Shown here in pieces: positions 11,236 through 22,105 of a stretch of DNA of 64,000 nt (positions are counted from its first letter, which is position 1; every line of letters starts with the position of its first letter). Both the position numbers and the translations under genes were made by a program. The DNA is from Candidatus Marinacidobacterales bacterium (GTDB lineage Bacteria > Acidobacteriota > Vicinamibacteria > Marinacidobacterales > SMYC01). The stretch spans positions 416,001 through 480,000 of the forward strand of contig OZ250169.1 of the NCBI GenBank assembly GCA_965237955.1. The letters run 5' to 3'. Below the pieces are notes generated by a model that was not told the DNA's origin, made no database searches, and saw nothing but the letters and a program-made list of their open reading frames with translations.

Positions 11236-11987
11236 CACCCGAAACGATAGAAAAGATGAACGCCATGAAGTTGTTCGGCTTGGTGTCCGCGTTCGAAACC
11301 CAGTTGAGCTCGAGCGAATACAAGGAGCTGAGCTTCGAGGAACGTGTGGGACTCCTGGTCGATGCCGAGTGGACCGCCCGCGAACAGCGTAAGCTTTCTC
11401 GACGACTGCGAGCGGCAAAGCTCCGCTATCCGGCATGTTTGGAGAACGTGAACTTCCAAGCGCCTCGAGGCTTAAACCGCGAACAGATCTTGAGCCTGGG
11501 CAACTGCCGCTTTGTCGGTGAGCGCCATAACCTGCTCATCACCGGCCCGACGGGGATTGGCAAATCGTTCTTGGCTTGCGCCTTCGTGGAGCGGGCCTGT
11601 CGTCGCGGCTTCACCGGATGCTACGTGCGAGCACCGCGCTTGCTCCACGAGCTCGCGGTCGCTCGTGGTGATGGTTCCTACGCCCGGCTTTTGACGAAAC
11701 TCGCCAAGCTGGACTTACTGGCTATCGATGATTGGCTGCTTCACCCGCTGAAAGAATCGGAGAGACGGGATCTAATGGAGGTCATCGAAGACCGCGCCGA
11801 GCGTGGCTCCACACTCATCGCGACCCAGATTCCGCTCAAGCAGTGGCACGAAGCGATTGGCGACCCAAACCAGGCAGACGCTATCTGCGATCGCATTCTC
11901 CACAGCGCGCACCGCATCACTCTCAAAGGAGCTTCTCTGAGAAAGACCAAGGCTGCGCCAAAGGCATTTGACAACGCCGATGCATGA
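11229..11987 (+). CDS. istB: IS21 helper ATPase
   Basis: Start MLTPET overlaps the istA end; GPTGIGKS Walker A, LLAIDDW Walker B, ADAICDRI. Confidence 0.95.
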   Translation: MLTPETIEKMNAMKLFGLVSAFETQLSSSEYKELSFEERVGLLVDAEWTAREQRKLSRRLRAAKLRYPACLENVNFQAPRGLNREQILSLGNCRFVGERHNLLITGPTGIGKSFLACAFVERACRRGFTGCYVRAPRLLHELAVARGDGSYARLLTKLAKLDLLAIDDWLLHPLKESERRDLMEVIEDRAERGSTLIATQIPLKQWHEAIGDPNQADAICDRILHSAHRITLKGASLRKTKAAPKAFDNADA

Positions 11988-12710
11988 GCGAGCGAGGGAT
12001 CACAGCGTCGATGCGATAAAAACGGGTGAAACCGCCAAACCCGGGGTACCAGACGATGCGGTGCCAAAACGACGCGCGAGAATGCCTCAGGAAGCGTCTT
12101 CTCGAGCCAGGCCATACCCCAGCAACCCCCCGAAACCAGCCCCACATCGCCCGGGGTTCGGCCGCGGCAGGTCGCTGCCTACGGGAGCGGGAAGGTCGCT
12201 TCGCGTCTTTCCTTACGCCCGCTCCCTCCGGCACCGACCTGCCGCCCCTTGCTACACAACACGCAGGTAAGATAGGTTCACGTTTTCAATCAGTGGGAAG
12301 GAGGTCACCCAACACTTCATCGCTTCGATGAGCGTTCGGCTTCACCGGATTCGCTGTTCAGCTTGCTCTGGATTCGGCGTTCACGATGGCTGGAATACGC
12401 AATAACAATGAGTAACGGCCGTAGGTGGCGCCGGAGGGGTTACGACACGGCCCTCTTTCAGGCATCCGGGAGGTTGAAATTGCCGTATAGAAAATTTGAT
12501 TGAAGCAAATTCGATTCCGGCTCGAACGACCACCCGTCGATGATGCGTGCGGGGACCAGCACGTGGTGGCTTCCGTTAAGTCACTGTAAAAAAAACAGGA
12601 TAGAACGCTGTGGGCATCAGGGCTTCTCTGAGTTTTCGCCTACATTGCCCCAACCACGCGCACGGCCAAAAGTTCGATCCTGACTCCCAAAATCGCCAAA
12701 ATACCTTTTG

Positions 12711-13156
12711 CCGAGACCGGATGGCTCGAGACTGCACCATCCGCCACCCAGTCTTGCAAATTGTGGCACTGCAGAGACGGGTGATATTTTCCGTGCGGTG
12801 GGCGGGGTTTTGCAGAGATAGGTGTCACCAGAGACGCGCTCGAAGGGCTGAACTGGCCTCATTTTCGGTTTTGGTCTCTAACCTCGATTTTCGAGTGCCA
12901 CGTTTGCGCCAAATAGGGGAGCGGGCCGCTGACCGGGGGCCGTACGGCGGCCGAAAAGAGGCCACCCGAGAGGCCCAGGATCGAGGCCGGGGCTACCGGG
13001 GCGTAGCAGGCTAGCACGTTCTGGTCCAGGTGCGGCCCGGGCCTGGATCCAGGTCTCCGCCCGGGAGCGTGGCATCCCGTTGCTCGACGGTGTTTTCCCT
13101 GCGCGTACGGAGAAGCCGAATCGCCGACATCGCCTCCGACACGCCCCAGATCTGGG
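12711..13156. repeat. Conserved ~450 bp non-coding block, copy A
   Basis: Colinear and highly similar to 50719-51165, and in part to 45628-45890. Confidence 0.85.
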
Positions 13157-13419
13157 GCTTGCCACGGGGCGATGACGATCGAAACGGCCCGGCGCGCCAG
13201 TCTTGAGTTCGTTTGTGTTTTTGGACAGGACGGGTCCAGAATCGTGGCTGGGGCTACCCGCGGCACAGCGTTCTGGCACGTTCTGGTCCAGGTGGGCCTG
13301 GGCCTCCTTGGTGTCCTTACTTGCCTCGGATTCGGTCTCAATCAGGGTCCGGCAATGCTTGAGAGGGTCCGCGCACCCTCCCTCGTCAGCCACCTCGGGA
13401 GCCCGAGCCCCCGCACCCC

Positions 13420-14320
13420 CTACGCGGCCTCGTAGGTGATCGAGAAGATCGTGTCTGTCAGCCACCGCCGGAACGACTCGTTGTCGCTGAACTGCTTGAA
13501 CAACTCCGTGTCGTCCTGCAGCAGCGCCGTCATCACCCGCCGGAGCGCCTTGTCGTGCTCGATCCGCGCGTTCTGCTTGTCGGAGTTCTGCTTGGCGTTC
13601 TGGTAGGCTCTGTCGGCCGCCACGCGGTTCGGAATTTCCTCCGTGATGAGTCGGTGAACGCGGTCGCCGTCGGTCCAGGGGATGTTACCGAACTGATCGT
13701 TGAAAGCCTTGAGGATGTCCGAGAGCCGGTCGAGTTCGGGTGGCGGCCTGTGGCCGCCACCGTTAGTCGGAACCGGCTCGATCTCAGCGTCCTCGTCCGC
13801 CAGTTGGACGTGTATCGCCGCCTTCTTCTCGACCCGGTAGCTGTCCATATCGATGGACTCAAGGATGCCTTTGGACAGATCCTCTTCCACAGGCGCGGGA
13901 AGCTTCGGCACAAGGAAGTTCAGGAAGATCGAGAGCTTCTCCCACTCGGCGTGCGTGTATGGCAGGATTGAGGCGAGGAAGCCGTACGCGCGCTCGAACG
14001 CCTTGGCCTTGCCCTTGAAGTCCACCTGCCCGTCCTCGTCGAGTCGCTCCTTGTAGACCGCGACGCAGGCGTCGAGGATGGGGTCGAGCTGGTCGCGGTC
14101 GGCCCCACCCAGGTAGAGCGTCACGAGCTGGTCGCTCTCCGCGTCGGCATATACTTGATAGCCGTCGAGCGCGGCCTTGAGGTCGTGCAACTTGTTGGGA
14201 TCGGTCTCCTCGCTGAGGACCGTCGTCCGGTAGTAGTCAGCGAACGCCTCTTGGATGGTGTCGGCATCGTTCATGAAGTCGAGCACGAATGCGTCGTGTT
14301 TCTGCGGGTGCGCTCGATTG
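13420..14320 (-). pseudogene. hsdR: Type I restriction subunit R, C-terminal fragment
   Basis: LNRAHPQKHDAFVLDFMN..F.DYYRTT.L..ETDPNKLHDL..LSDILK.FNDQFG..ELFKQFSDNESFRRWL; cut by an IS256 fragment. Confidence 0.85.
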
Positions 14321-14321
14321 A

Positions 14322-14403
14322 GACCAATGCTCTGGAGAATCTCAACCGCGAGTTTCGACGCCGGACGAAAACCCAAGCGTCGTTCTCCAGCGAGGAGTCC
14401 GCG
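14322..14403 (+). mobile_element. IS256-family transposase fragment
   Basis: TNALENLNREFRRRTKTQASFSSEESA. Confidence 0.7.
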
Positions 14404-14504
14404 CGGTCGCCTCTGGCCAGATTCAACTACGACGCATCGACGGCTACCAACGTCTGAGCGAGGTTCTCGAACACGCGCAGGTTGCCGCCTGATCTGATAC
14501 CCTG

Positions 14505-15273
14505 ATGACGGAGTGGAGGGCGCTGTTCTTTTTCCACGGACCTCGGGACACATCCCGAGTACGAGATGAACTACTATCGGTCGCAAGAAGGCTCGCTAGA
14601 GATGGCGAGACTCTTGCTTCCCGCTTGGAATGTACATCTAGTTCCCGAATCTGTGCGCCGCGCCTTTCATTTTCGTTACCTCAGTCCCTTCCTCACCGAA
14701 TACGAGATGTGGAGAGTCCCACCCAATCATTTTAGTGACAGAAGGGAAGAAGCTCTAGCGCTGAAAGCGCATTTTACGCCGAGTGATAGCATCGTTCTCG
14801 GGAAGATCGGGATCATCGGGTACTACTCTGGCTTACACATCTACGACCGCAGCGGTCTAGTCGACCGGCGCGTTTCGATGCGCCCTCGCAAGGGCGACCA
14901 GCTCCGCATGCCGGGGCACGATAGCAAGGTTTCTACCGATTTCTTTCTTGCGGACGAGCCTACCATCGTGCTTCACGAGAGGGTAGACGGACCGCCACCT
15001 CATCGAAAGCATCCCGAATACCCGTTGCTTCGGCGCATTAGAATGAAAGCTGAGTCCTGGAGGAAATTGTAGGTCTGGCCACGCTACGTGCCGGAGGTTC
15101 TACCGCTGAACGCCTCGGAGCAAGGCAGCCCTAATGTACTCATGGTCCTGCAGTTGATCGAAGAAAAACCCAACATCACTACATTACCCCTTCCACAGCA
15201 ACGTGCCATGCGCGAGGAGTGGGCCCGGGAAGCATGGGCTCACTTTTTTGGGCGATGGCCGCCTAACCCATGA
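14505..15273 (+). pseudogene. C-terminal remnant of a membrane glycosyltransferase-like protein; in-frame TAG at 15070
   Basis: IGIIGYYSGLHIYDRSGLVD..PGH motif; ORFs 14566-15072 and 15088-15273 share a frame. Confidence 0.5.
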
Positions 15274-15493
15274 GTTCGGAGCTCGGTCAAATTGCCCAGC
15301 TCCGAACTTCCCAGAGAAATGAACTCTTCGGCTGCGGGAGAGCGAGCTAATCGTGATCACCGAAGCAGATCTAGATGACGACCACATCGAAGTCAAGGAT
15401 GTGCGGAAATTGCACGCCGATCGCGGGCGGTCCGGTGGTGATAGACGAAAGACGTGCAGGAGCAACAGCGAGCGCGACGGGGTATCTTCAGTG

Positions 15494-17317
15494 ATGAAGT
15501 GGGTGAGGTGGTTTCTCCCAGTGTTGTGCTTCGTTTCGAGTTGCGCGTCACCTCCGGAGAATCCCTCCTTACCCGTTCTCTTCGCGCGGCAGGTCAACAA
15601 AGCAGAAAAAGACTATGACGAGGCCCTTTTTCTCTCCTATCGTAAGGATGGATTGCTGTCGGCGCCGGTCACTTTGGGAAAGGAGACCCGTCGCTCTCTC
15701 ACGCCTCCCGTTCCCTCGCGCCTTACCTTTACGATTCCAATTCCTGCCGAGCCGCTGCTGAGTTTCTCCATCGGCATCTCCACCCTTGGAGAGCAAACGC
15801 TCGTCCAGCCCGTCCGCTTCACCATCTATGTGGACGAAGACATCGCCTTCGAGGAGACGGTGCGCAACCAACCGAATATCTGGCTCCCTCGTACGGTGGA
15901 CTTGTCCAAATGGTCTGGAAGAACAGTTCGCCTCGGCTTCCAGACTGTCGTGCGCGGAAGGAGCCCGGAGGGCACCGGTAGCGCATTCCTTCCGGCTTGG
16001 GGGAATCCGATGCTGGATGGATCTCCGGCGAATGAAGACGGAACGAATCTGGTGCTGATATCGGTGGATTGTCTTCGCGCCGATCATGTCAGCACCTACG
16101 GGTACGCGAGGAATACCACCCCCAATATCGATCGCTTCGGCACTGAAGGAGTTGTCTTCCCCAACGCCACCAGCGTCTCCTCTTGGACACTCCCCACTCA
16201 CATGTCCATGATGACCGGCCTGATGCCGTCCCTTCACGGAGTCAGTCAAAAGTACAAGCTAAGCTCTTCCGTTCCCTACCTTCCCGAGATACTCGCGGAC
16301 AACGGCTACCAGACGTTTGGTGTCGCTGCCGGCGACTACGTCTCGCAGGAGTGGGGCTTCGAGCGTGGCTTCGATGTTTACCGCATGCTCATCAGGCGTC
16401 GCGCCAGCGAGATCGTCGATGAGGCACTTGAGCTAGTACGAGGGACTCGAAGCGCAAAGAAATTCTTGTTCGTGCACCTGTTCGATGCTCACTGGCCTTA
16501 TGTTCCGCCGCGAGGCTTCCTCGATCGGTTCGACGAGCGCCCACCGGATATCTCCGATATCCTGACCAAGGTGCGTGATGGCGTGCCGCCCTCCGGGCCA
16601 GAGGAAATCCATCAGCTTGTAAATCTATACGATGGGGAGATCGCGTACCTCGATCAAGAGCTGGGAAGATTCTTTGCCGGACTCAAGGAAGCAGGCATTT
16701 ACCGCCGATCCCTGATCATTCTCACCGCCGACCACGGCGAATCTTTTTACGAACACAATGCATGGGAACACATGGGTTCACTTTTCGAGGAGGTTACACA
16801 CATTCCGCTGATCGTGAAATGGCCTGGAGAGTCTCCCACCGGGACCGCCGAGTCCCTGGTAAGTCAGCTCAACATCTTCCCCACCCTGCTCGAGGAATCA
16901 GGACTCGTTCCCCCATACGACCACGTCTCGCTCGCCCGATTCCTTGGAGAAAGCCCGGCTCCTTCGAAGAACGCCCTGAGCGAGTTTACCTGGGATGCCA
17001 AAGAAGGCCAGGGAGCGATGATGAAGATTGCCGTCAAGGATAACCGGCTCAAGTATATTTTGATGCTTGCCGGAGAGGTCGAAGACGAGCTTTTTGTCTC
17101 GGACGTGGTGAACGAGGAGCTCTACGATCTCATCGAGGACCCCGGCGAGCAAAAGAACTTGCTTCCCGAGACGACGGCCGATATCGGCCCGTTGCGGAGC
17201 GATGCCCGCTTGCTGCTGGAAAAGGCCCGGGCCCTACAGGCCAAGCGACGGGGCCAGGAAGTCGTTCTGGATAAAGAGCTCTCGGAGCGTCTCAAGGCCC
17301 TGGGCTACATCAATTAG
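15494..17317 (+). CDS. Sulfatase-family (alkaline phosphatase superfamily) lipoprotein
   Basis: MKWVRW..VSSC lipobox-like start; VDCLRADH, SSWTLPTH, HLFDAHWPY, YDGEI, TADHGE, ELYDL..DPGE, LKALGY. Confidence 0.88.
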   Translation: MKWVRWFLPVLCFVSSCASPPENPSLPVLFARQVNKAEKDYDEALFLSYRKDGLLSAPVTLGKETRRSLTPPVPSRLTFTIPIPAEPLLSFSIGISTLGEQTLVQPVRFTIYVDEDIAFEETVRNQPNIWLPRTVDLSKWSGRTVRLGFQTVVRGRSPEGTGSAFLPAWGNPMLDGSPANEDGTNLVLISVDCLRADHVSTYGYARNTTPNIDRFGTEGVVFPNATSVSSWTLPTHMSMMTGLMPSLHGVSQKYKLSSSVPYLPEILADNGYQTFGVAAGDYVSQEWGFERGFDVYRMLIRRRASEIVDEALELVRGTRSAKKFLFVHLFDAHWPYVPPRGFLDRFDERPPDISDILTKVRDGVPPSGPEEIHQLVNLYDGEIAYLDQELGRFFAGLKEAGIYRRSLIILTADHGESFYEHNAWEHMGSLFEEVTHIPLIVKWPGESPTGTAESLVSQLNIFPTLLEESGLVPPYDHVSLARFLGESPAPSKNALSEFTWDAKEGQGAMMKIAVKDNRLKYILMLAGEVEDELFVSDVVNEELYDLIEDPGEQKNLLPETTADIGPLRSDARLLLEKARALQAKRRGQEVVLDKELSERLKALGYIN

Positions 17318-17630
17318 TCATGCGCGGTCTGCCGTGACCGACCGCTTTCGGGATCTCATCAGAAACCGCGGATTTTCCTTCGCTAGACGTAGGACGAGCT
17401 CCGTGATCTCGACCATCAACTCTAGGCGCGTATGGTGCAAATAGTACGTCGAGCTCGACGTCGGCCTGTGGAGGGTCGATGACCGGATCTGCGCGAACGC
17501 GAGGATTCGATGGGCCGCCAGCCGAGGTCAATGCCACGACGATACGAAACCCACGGGGCGGCTCGGACGGCACTCGAACGTATCTACTCAGGCAGCCGCA
17601 CGATAGTAATAGCGAAGTAGGCCGCCGAGT

Positions 17631-18873
17631 TGCCTTGGTGCACAACTCGCGATCTCGGTCCACAATTGTCCTGTACTCGCGGATTCGAGGTTCCCCATGA
17701 GCATTTTCAAACGCACTCAGCGGAAGTATGTGAAGAAGGCCTATCGCGTGAGGAATTGGCGTGAATATGAGGCGGGTCTACGCAACCGCGGTAGCCTGAC
17801 CGTCTGGATCTCGCTCACCGCCGGCAAGCTTGTGAACTGGGACGCGCCCCGGCCAAGGAGGAGGAAACCGGGCCGTCAACGCAAGTACTCGAACCACGCC
17901 ATCGAGACGGCTGTCACCCTGGGCATGGTGTTTCATCTGTCGTCTAGGCAGAGCGAGGGATTGCTGCGATCGTTGTTCGCTCTGATGAAGCTAGACAATG
18001 ATGTGCCCGATCACACCACGATCTCGAGGCGCAAGCAGAAGCTGGGTAAGGTCCCCTTCTACCAAGACAAGCAGAAGACGCCGTTGCACATCTTGATCGA
18101 CAGCATCGACGAGCAGAGTGGCGAAGTCGTCGCCTGCGAGCTGACGAGCAAAAGAGCCCGCGATTCATCGCGGGTTGCATCGCTTGTCGGACAGATCGAC
18201 AGTCCCATCTCATCGGCCAGAGCTGACACCGCATACGACGCCAGCAGCGTCTATGAGGCGATCGAGAATCACAGCGCTCATCGCTCGCCGAGGGTGCTGA
18301 TACCGCCGCGCAAGGGCGCCCTGCTCGCATCGGAGCCGGCGAGCAGCCGACAGCGTAATCGCAACATTGCAGCAGAAGCTTGGCTCGGCAAACGAAAGTG
18401 GCACACAGAATCGGGCTACAGCAAACGGAGCAAAGTCGAGACAACGTTCCATCGCTACAAGGCTATCGTGGGCTCAGCAATGCGAGCGAGAGGGTTGGCG
18501 TGCACAGAGAGTCGAGGCAAGGATCGGGTGCAAGATTCTCAACACCATGACGGTGTTGTTTTTTATATTGAATCGCGAAGATTTCTCATTCGTGATTCAC
18601 CTCGACCGGCAACCACGTACGAGCAGAAGACGGGAGGCGCAGACGGGGTCAAGGGCGCGTAGCGGCTCGCGTAGCGAGCGAACCCTTGACGCCGTCGAGC
18701 ACTCCCGTACCCTCATGGAGTGGTGGCCGTTCTTGATATTTCATCGCGGTGGATTACGGATTAAAGTGATAAACAACAGACGGCGCTCGGGATGCCTGAT
18801 AGCGAGATGATCGGATGATGGGAGTCGGGGCCAAGCGAGCTCTCGGCCTCTATCGGAGTTGTGCACCAAGGCA
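17631..18873 (+). mobile_element. Degenerate IS5-family element (internal deletion, frameshift, MITE insertion)
   Basis: 18-bp IR TGCCTTGGTGCACAACTC; YRVRNWREYEAGL..RGSLTVW; LIDS joined directly to IDEQ; tail LNTMT/ALGMPDS split by the MITE. Confidence 0.85.
18554..18778. mobile_element. MITE copy 1 (225 bp)
   Basis: TGTTGTTT..AAACAACA ends; 5-bp TSD GACGG; internal GTCAAGGG..CCCTTGAC hairpin. Confidence 0.88.
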
Positions 18874-18993
18874 GCTGATCGATGCAACCGCACCTGCCCC
18901 CCAAGATACTGGGCTTGAGCCCGTCGTGAACCCACCATGCTGAGCATCAGAAACGACCGTCAGCCTCAACTTGACCAATGCCAGCCTGAGTGT

Positions 18994-20223
18994 TCACCGC
19001 GAAAAGAGGTTCAGATCGCCGAGCTGGCGGACGATCTCGTGAGCGGCAACATCGTGACCGCGTGGCGTCCAGTGGATGTCTTTCCGGTAGTAGAGCTCGG
19101 GACCCTCGCGGGCTGCGTCTCTGAGCGCACCCCGCACGTCGATCACCGGAACACCTAGCTCCTCGCCGATCTTCGAGACGAGGCGTTGCGGCTTGTCGAG
19201 ATCGAAATCCGTGGGGTCCAGCCCGTAAAGGCTCTGAGTGTGCTCCCACATGGCTGGATAGATCTGCTCGCCGATGGGGATGGCCACGATCACTAGGCGG
19301 GCGCCGCGTTCGTGGGTCCACGCGTCCATTTGCGCCAGGATCCCTCGAACCTGGTCCCACGCGTTATCTAGCTCGGGTGGGTACTTCTTCAACAGGAGCG
19401 CCTCCATGTTGAAGACGGTGAACTCCTTGAGCGCACCCTCGGTAGCGGGTCGGAGCCGCGCGCGGAGTGCGTCGTAGCGACGCTGCAGGAAGAGATAGCT
19501 ATGCAGGTTGCGCTTGAGGACGTCCTTGAACGGAATCGGGAGTGCCCCAGTCGATTGGATTCCCTGGCGCTCCGGCAGGGTGCCGTCGCGCACGATCTCG
19601 CCGGACCGGAGCGGGTGCCAGTAGCGGTTGATGATCTCGTCCTTCCAATGCAGAAAGCCGTCGCGATCGACTACGAAGCGATCCCATCCGCACATCACAT
19701 CGCGTACGTCGTTGCCGACATAGAAGCCGACGATCACGAGATCGGGCTGCAGGACTCCGCCGTCTGTCTCTAGAAGGCGAGCCTCATTGCCGAGGCCCAT
19801 CCCACCGGCTCCGGCGTTGACGACCTGGACGGGGCGTCCTGGTGAACCTGTGTCGCGGAGCAGATCTTCGATCCGTTCGAGGTAGACCTCCTCGGCTTCG
19901 ACGCCGCTGCCGAACGTGAACGAGTCGCCGAGGCCGACGACGCGGTAGGCGTCGGCAGCGCGGGCTTCGGGCTCAGCCGGGACTCTGTAGCCGCGCTCGT
20001 CGATGAAGACGAGCGTGTCGTACTCGGGATTTCGCTCGTGGCCGACGAAGCCTGGGCGATGGCGGAATCCAACCTCGGAATCCGAGATGTAGAGACCTTT
20101 GAGCGTGAGCACTGTCTGAGGTGCGAGGGTGCGGACACCCACCTCGAAGAGAACGCCGATGGCCACGAGACTGGCGGTGAGCATCAGCAGGTTCAGCAGC
20201 AGCTCGCGACGTGTGATGGACAC
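18994..20223 (-). CDS. SGNH/GDSL hydrolase family protein with an N-terminal membrane anchor
   Basis: GLGDSFTFG, VVNAG, YVGND, DIHWTPRGH. Confidence 0.88.
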   Translation of the reverse strand: MSITRRELLLNLLMLTASLVAIGVLFEVGVRTLAPQTVLTLKGLYISDSEVGFRHRPGFVGHERNPEYDTLVFIDERGYRVPAEPEARAADAYRVVGLGDSFTFGSGVEAEEVYLERIEDLLRDTGSPGRPVQVVNAGAGGMGLGNEARLLETDGGVLQPDLVIVGFYVGNDVRDVMCGWDRFVVDRDGFLHWKDEIINRYWHPLRSGEIVRDGTLPERQGIQSTGALPIPFKDVLKRNLHSYLFLQRRYDALRARLRPATEGALKEFTVFNMEALLLKKYPPELDNAWDQVRGILAQMDAWTHERGARLVIVAIPIGEQIYPAMWEHTQSLYGLDPTDFDLDKPQRLVSKIGEELGVPVIDVRGALRDAAREGPELYYRKDIHWTPRGHDVAAHEIVRQLGDLNLFSR

Positions 20224-20334
20224 GGAGCGGTGAGATTAGCACATTCTTGAAGTAGCCTGCGGCGGCGTGTCAAAAGCAACAATAGTGAGTAAACGGGGTT
20301 TGACGGTAACAGACACCCAAAATGACCTACCCCG

Positions 20335-20591
20335 GTAGGGTCGAGGGCTGGCGCGGTGCTCCGTAGGCGCGGCCTATCTGTTTCTCCCCGTTTCCTGTGG
20401 GAGTGCCTCACTAGCCGCACCGTAAGTCCGTTTCCAGCCCCCGCCACATCGCACGCAGCGTGCGGCTTTCCCGCACTACGCGCTCCTGCACACTTCCCGC
20501 GAAGGGTTATGTGACCTATCGAGCCGGGGCGTCTTTCGGCGAATCTACGAGATATCGAACTCGGTAATCTGTGAACAGTCCGACAGTCGCG
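20335..20591 (-). ncRNA. Group II intron 3' remnant (domains V-VI, with an extended DVI)
   Basis: Minus strand GAGCGCGTAGTGCGGGAAAGCCGCACGCTGCGTGCGATGTGGCGGG (DV) ... ACCGCGCCAGCCCTCGACCCTAC end. Confidence 0.8.
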
Positions 20592-20812
20592 TGTTGTTTT
20601 TTATATTGAATCGCGAAGATTTCTCATTCGTGATTCACCTCGACCGGCAACCACGTACGAGCAGAAGACGGGAGGCGCAGACGGGGTCAAGGGCGCGTAG
20701 CGGCTCGCGTAGCGAGCGAACCCCCCCGTCGAGCACTCCCGTACCCTCATGGAGTGGTGGCCGTTCTTGATATTTCATCGCGGTGGATTACGGATTAAAG
20801 TGATAAACAACA
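20592..20812. mobile_element. MITE copy 2 (221 bp)
   Basis: Near-identical direct repeat of 18554-18778; no TSD. Confidence 0.88.
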
Positions 20813-21020
20813 ATATGCGAGCGGATGAACTCCCTCCACGTCGTGGTCTTCCGACGCTCTGGTGCGAGCGGAATGCCGTGGCGTTTCAGAATGTTACCGA
20901 CGGTTTGGTCGGCCACTTCATGCCCGAGGTTGGCTAGCGCCCCGGCAATCCGGTCGTAACCCCCAGGATTTGTTCTCCTTGGCGAGACGCACCACCAGCT
21001 CTTCGATGTCGGCGTCGATC
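20813..21020 (-). pseudogene. rve-type transposase internal fragment
   Basis: LVVRLAKENKSW/GYDRIAGALANLGH..TVGNILKRHGI.LAPER..TTWREFIRSH; homologous to 32819-33889. Confidence 0.75.
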
Positions 21021-22105
21021 GGCGTTGTTGCACGGCCCGGAGCAAATCGCTGACCTCCCTGTGCCGGTTGCAGAGTCACCCGGCGCAGTACGTATCGGGC
21101 ATCCCGAGCGCAGCCATCTTGTTGAGTATCTCGCACCCAATTCGGTGTTCAACTCGTTGCCTCTCCAACGTTCGAGCCCGCATCTCCGGCCCGATGATCG
21201 CCTTGTAACGATAGACCGCGTTCTCCACCATGCTTCGCTTGGTGTAGCCTGAGAGCTTGTACCATTCACGTCGGCCGTGTCTTTCGATTGCATGAATATG
21301 GCGATCGCGCTCCTGCATGGCGGTGTTCGAATTCTGACTGAGCGTCGCGTTTCGTTGCGGCGGAATCACCACGCGCGTCCTTCGTCCAGGACTGTGCGCT
21401 TCGATGGCTTCGTAGACCGCTTCCTTGTCGTATGCACTGTCCGCCGCCACCGACACTAGAGGTGCTTGAATCTGTGTTAGCAAAGCGGGGACTCGCGTTG
21501 CGTCGCGAGCTCGTGACGCCGTCAGTTCGGACGCAACAATGTTCCCTGTCTCGCGATCAACGGCGATGTGCAACTTGCGCCATGCGCGCTGCTTTGGCGG
21601 TTTGCGAGCGTTTCCAACATGAATCCTCAAGCCCGTGCTATCGATCATCAGGTGGATGGGTTGAGTGCTCGCGGCTTTCGGAATCCGCAGCTTCTTGCGG
21701 AGCAACCTCGAGCGCCGAGACAACGTCGAGTAGTCCGGGATCTCGATACCGAGCCCGAGAAGCGAGGCGATCGAGTGCAAGAAGCCTTCGGTTTGGCGGT
21801 AGGCGAGCTTGTACACCATCCGGACAACCAGGCCCGTTTCAATCGCCATGTCTGAATAGACCTGTTGACCGCCAGGCTTACCGGTCTTGTCGGCCTTCCA
21901 GTTCGCGATTGCCTCCTCGTCAAACCAGACTGTCAAATCGCCCCGGCGGCGCAGCCCTTCGTTGTATTCCGCCCAGTTGCGAACGTGGTACTTCTTCTGC
22001 TTCGCGTGCTTGTACTGGCAGCGCTTGGGATACTTCATGCTCGAACATACCTCGGCCACCACCATAGGCGGATTTCGCTCTCAGCCAGAGCGGTGCAACA
22101 ACGCC
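21021..22105 (-). mobile_element. IS5-family element copy 2; transposase at 21076-22065
   Basis: Near-identical to 6865-7949; abuts a truncated CRISPR repeat. Confidence 0.93.

Larger units (their letters stand above)
9481..12401 (+). mobile_element. IS21-family element copy 1, intact
   Basis: Ends TGCGTATTCC / GGAATACGCA; 7-bp TSD ATAACAA (9474-9480, 12402-12408); tandem ~22-bp GTGAAC..ATTCC repeats at the left end. Confidence 0.96.

Noticed and set aside
12715-12760. tRNA-like 3' sequence at the edge of the conserved block
   Set aside because: Too degenerate and no cloverleaf; no tRNA or rRNA found in the window
6865-22105. Composite transposon between the IS5 copies
   Set aside because: The outer flanks show no matching TSD
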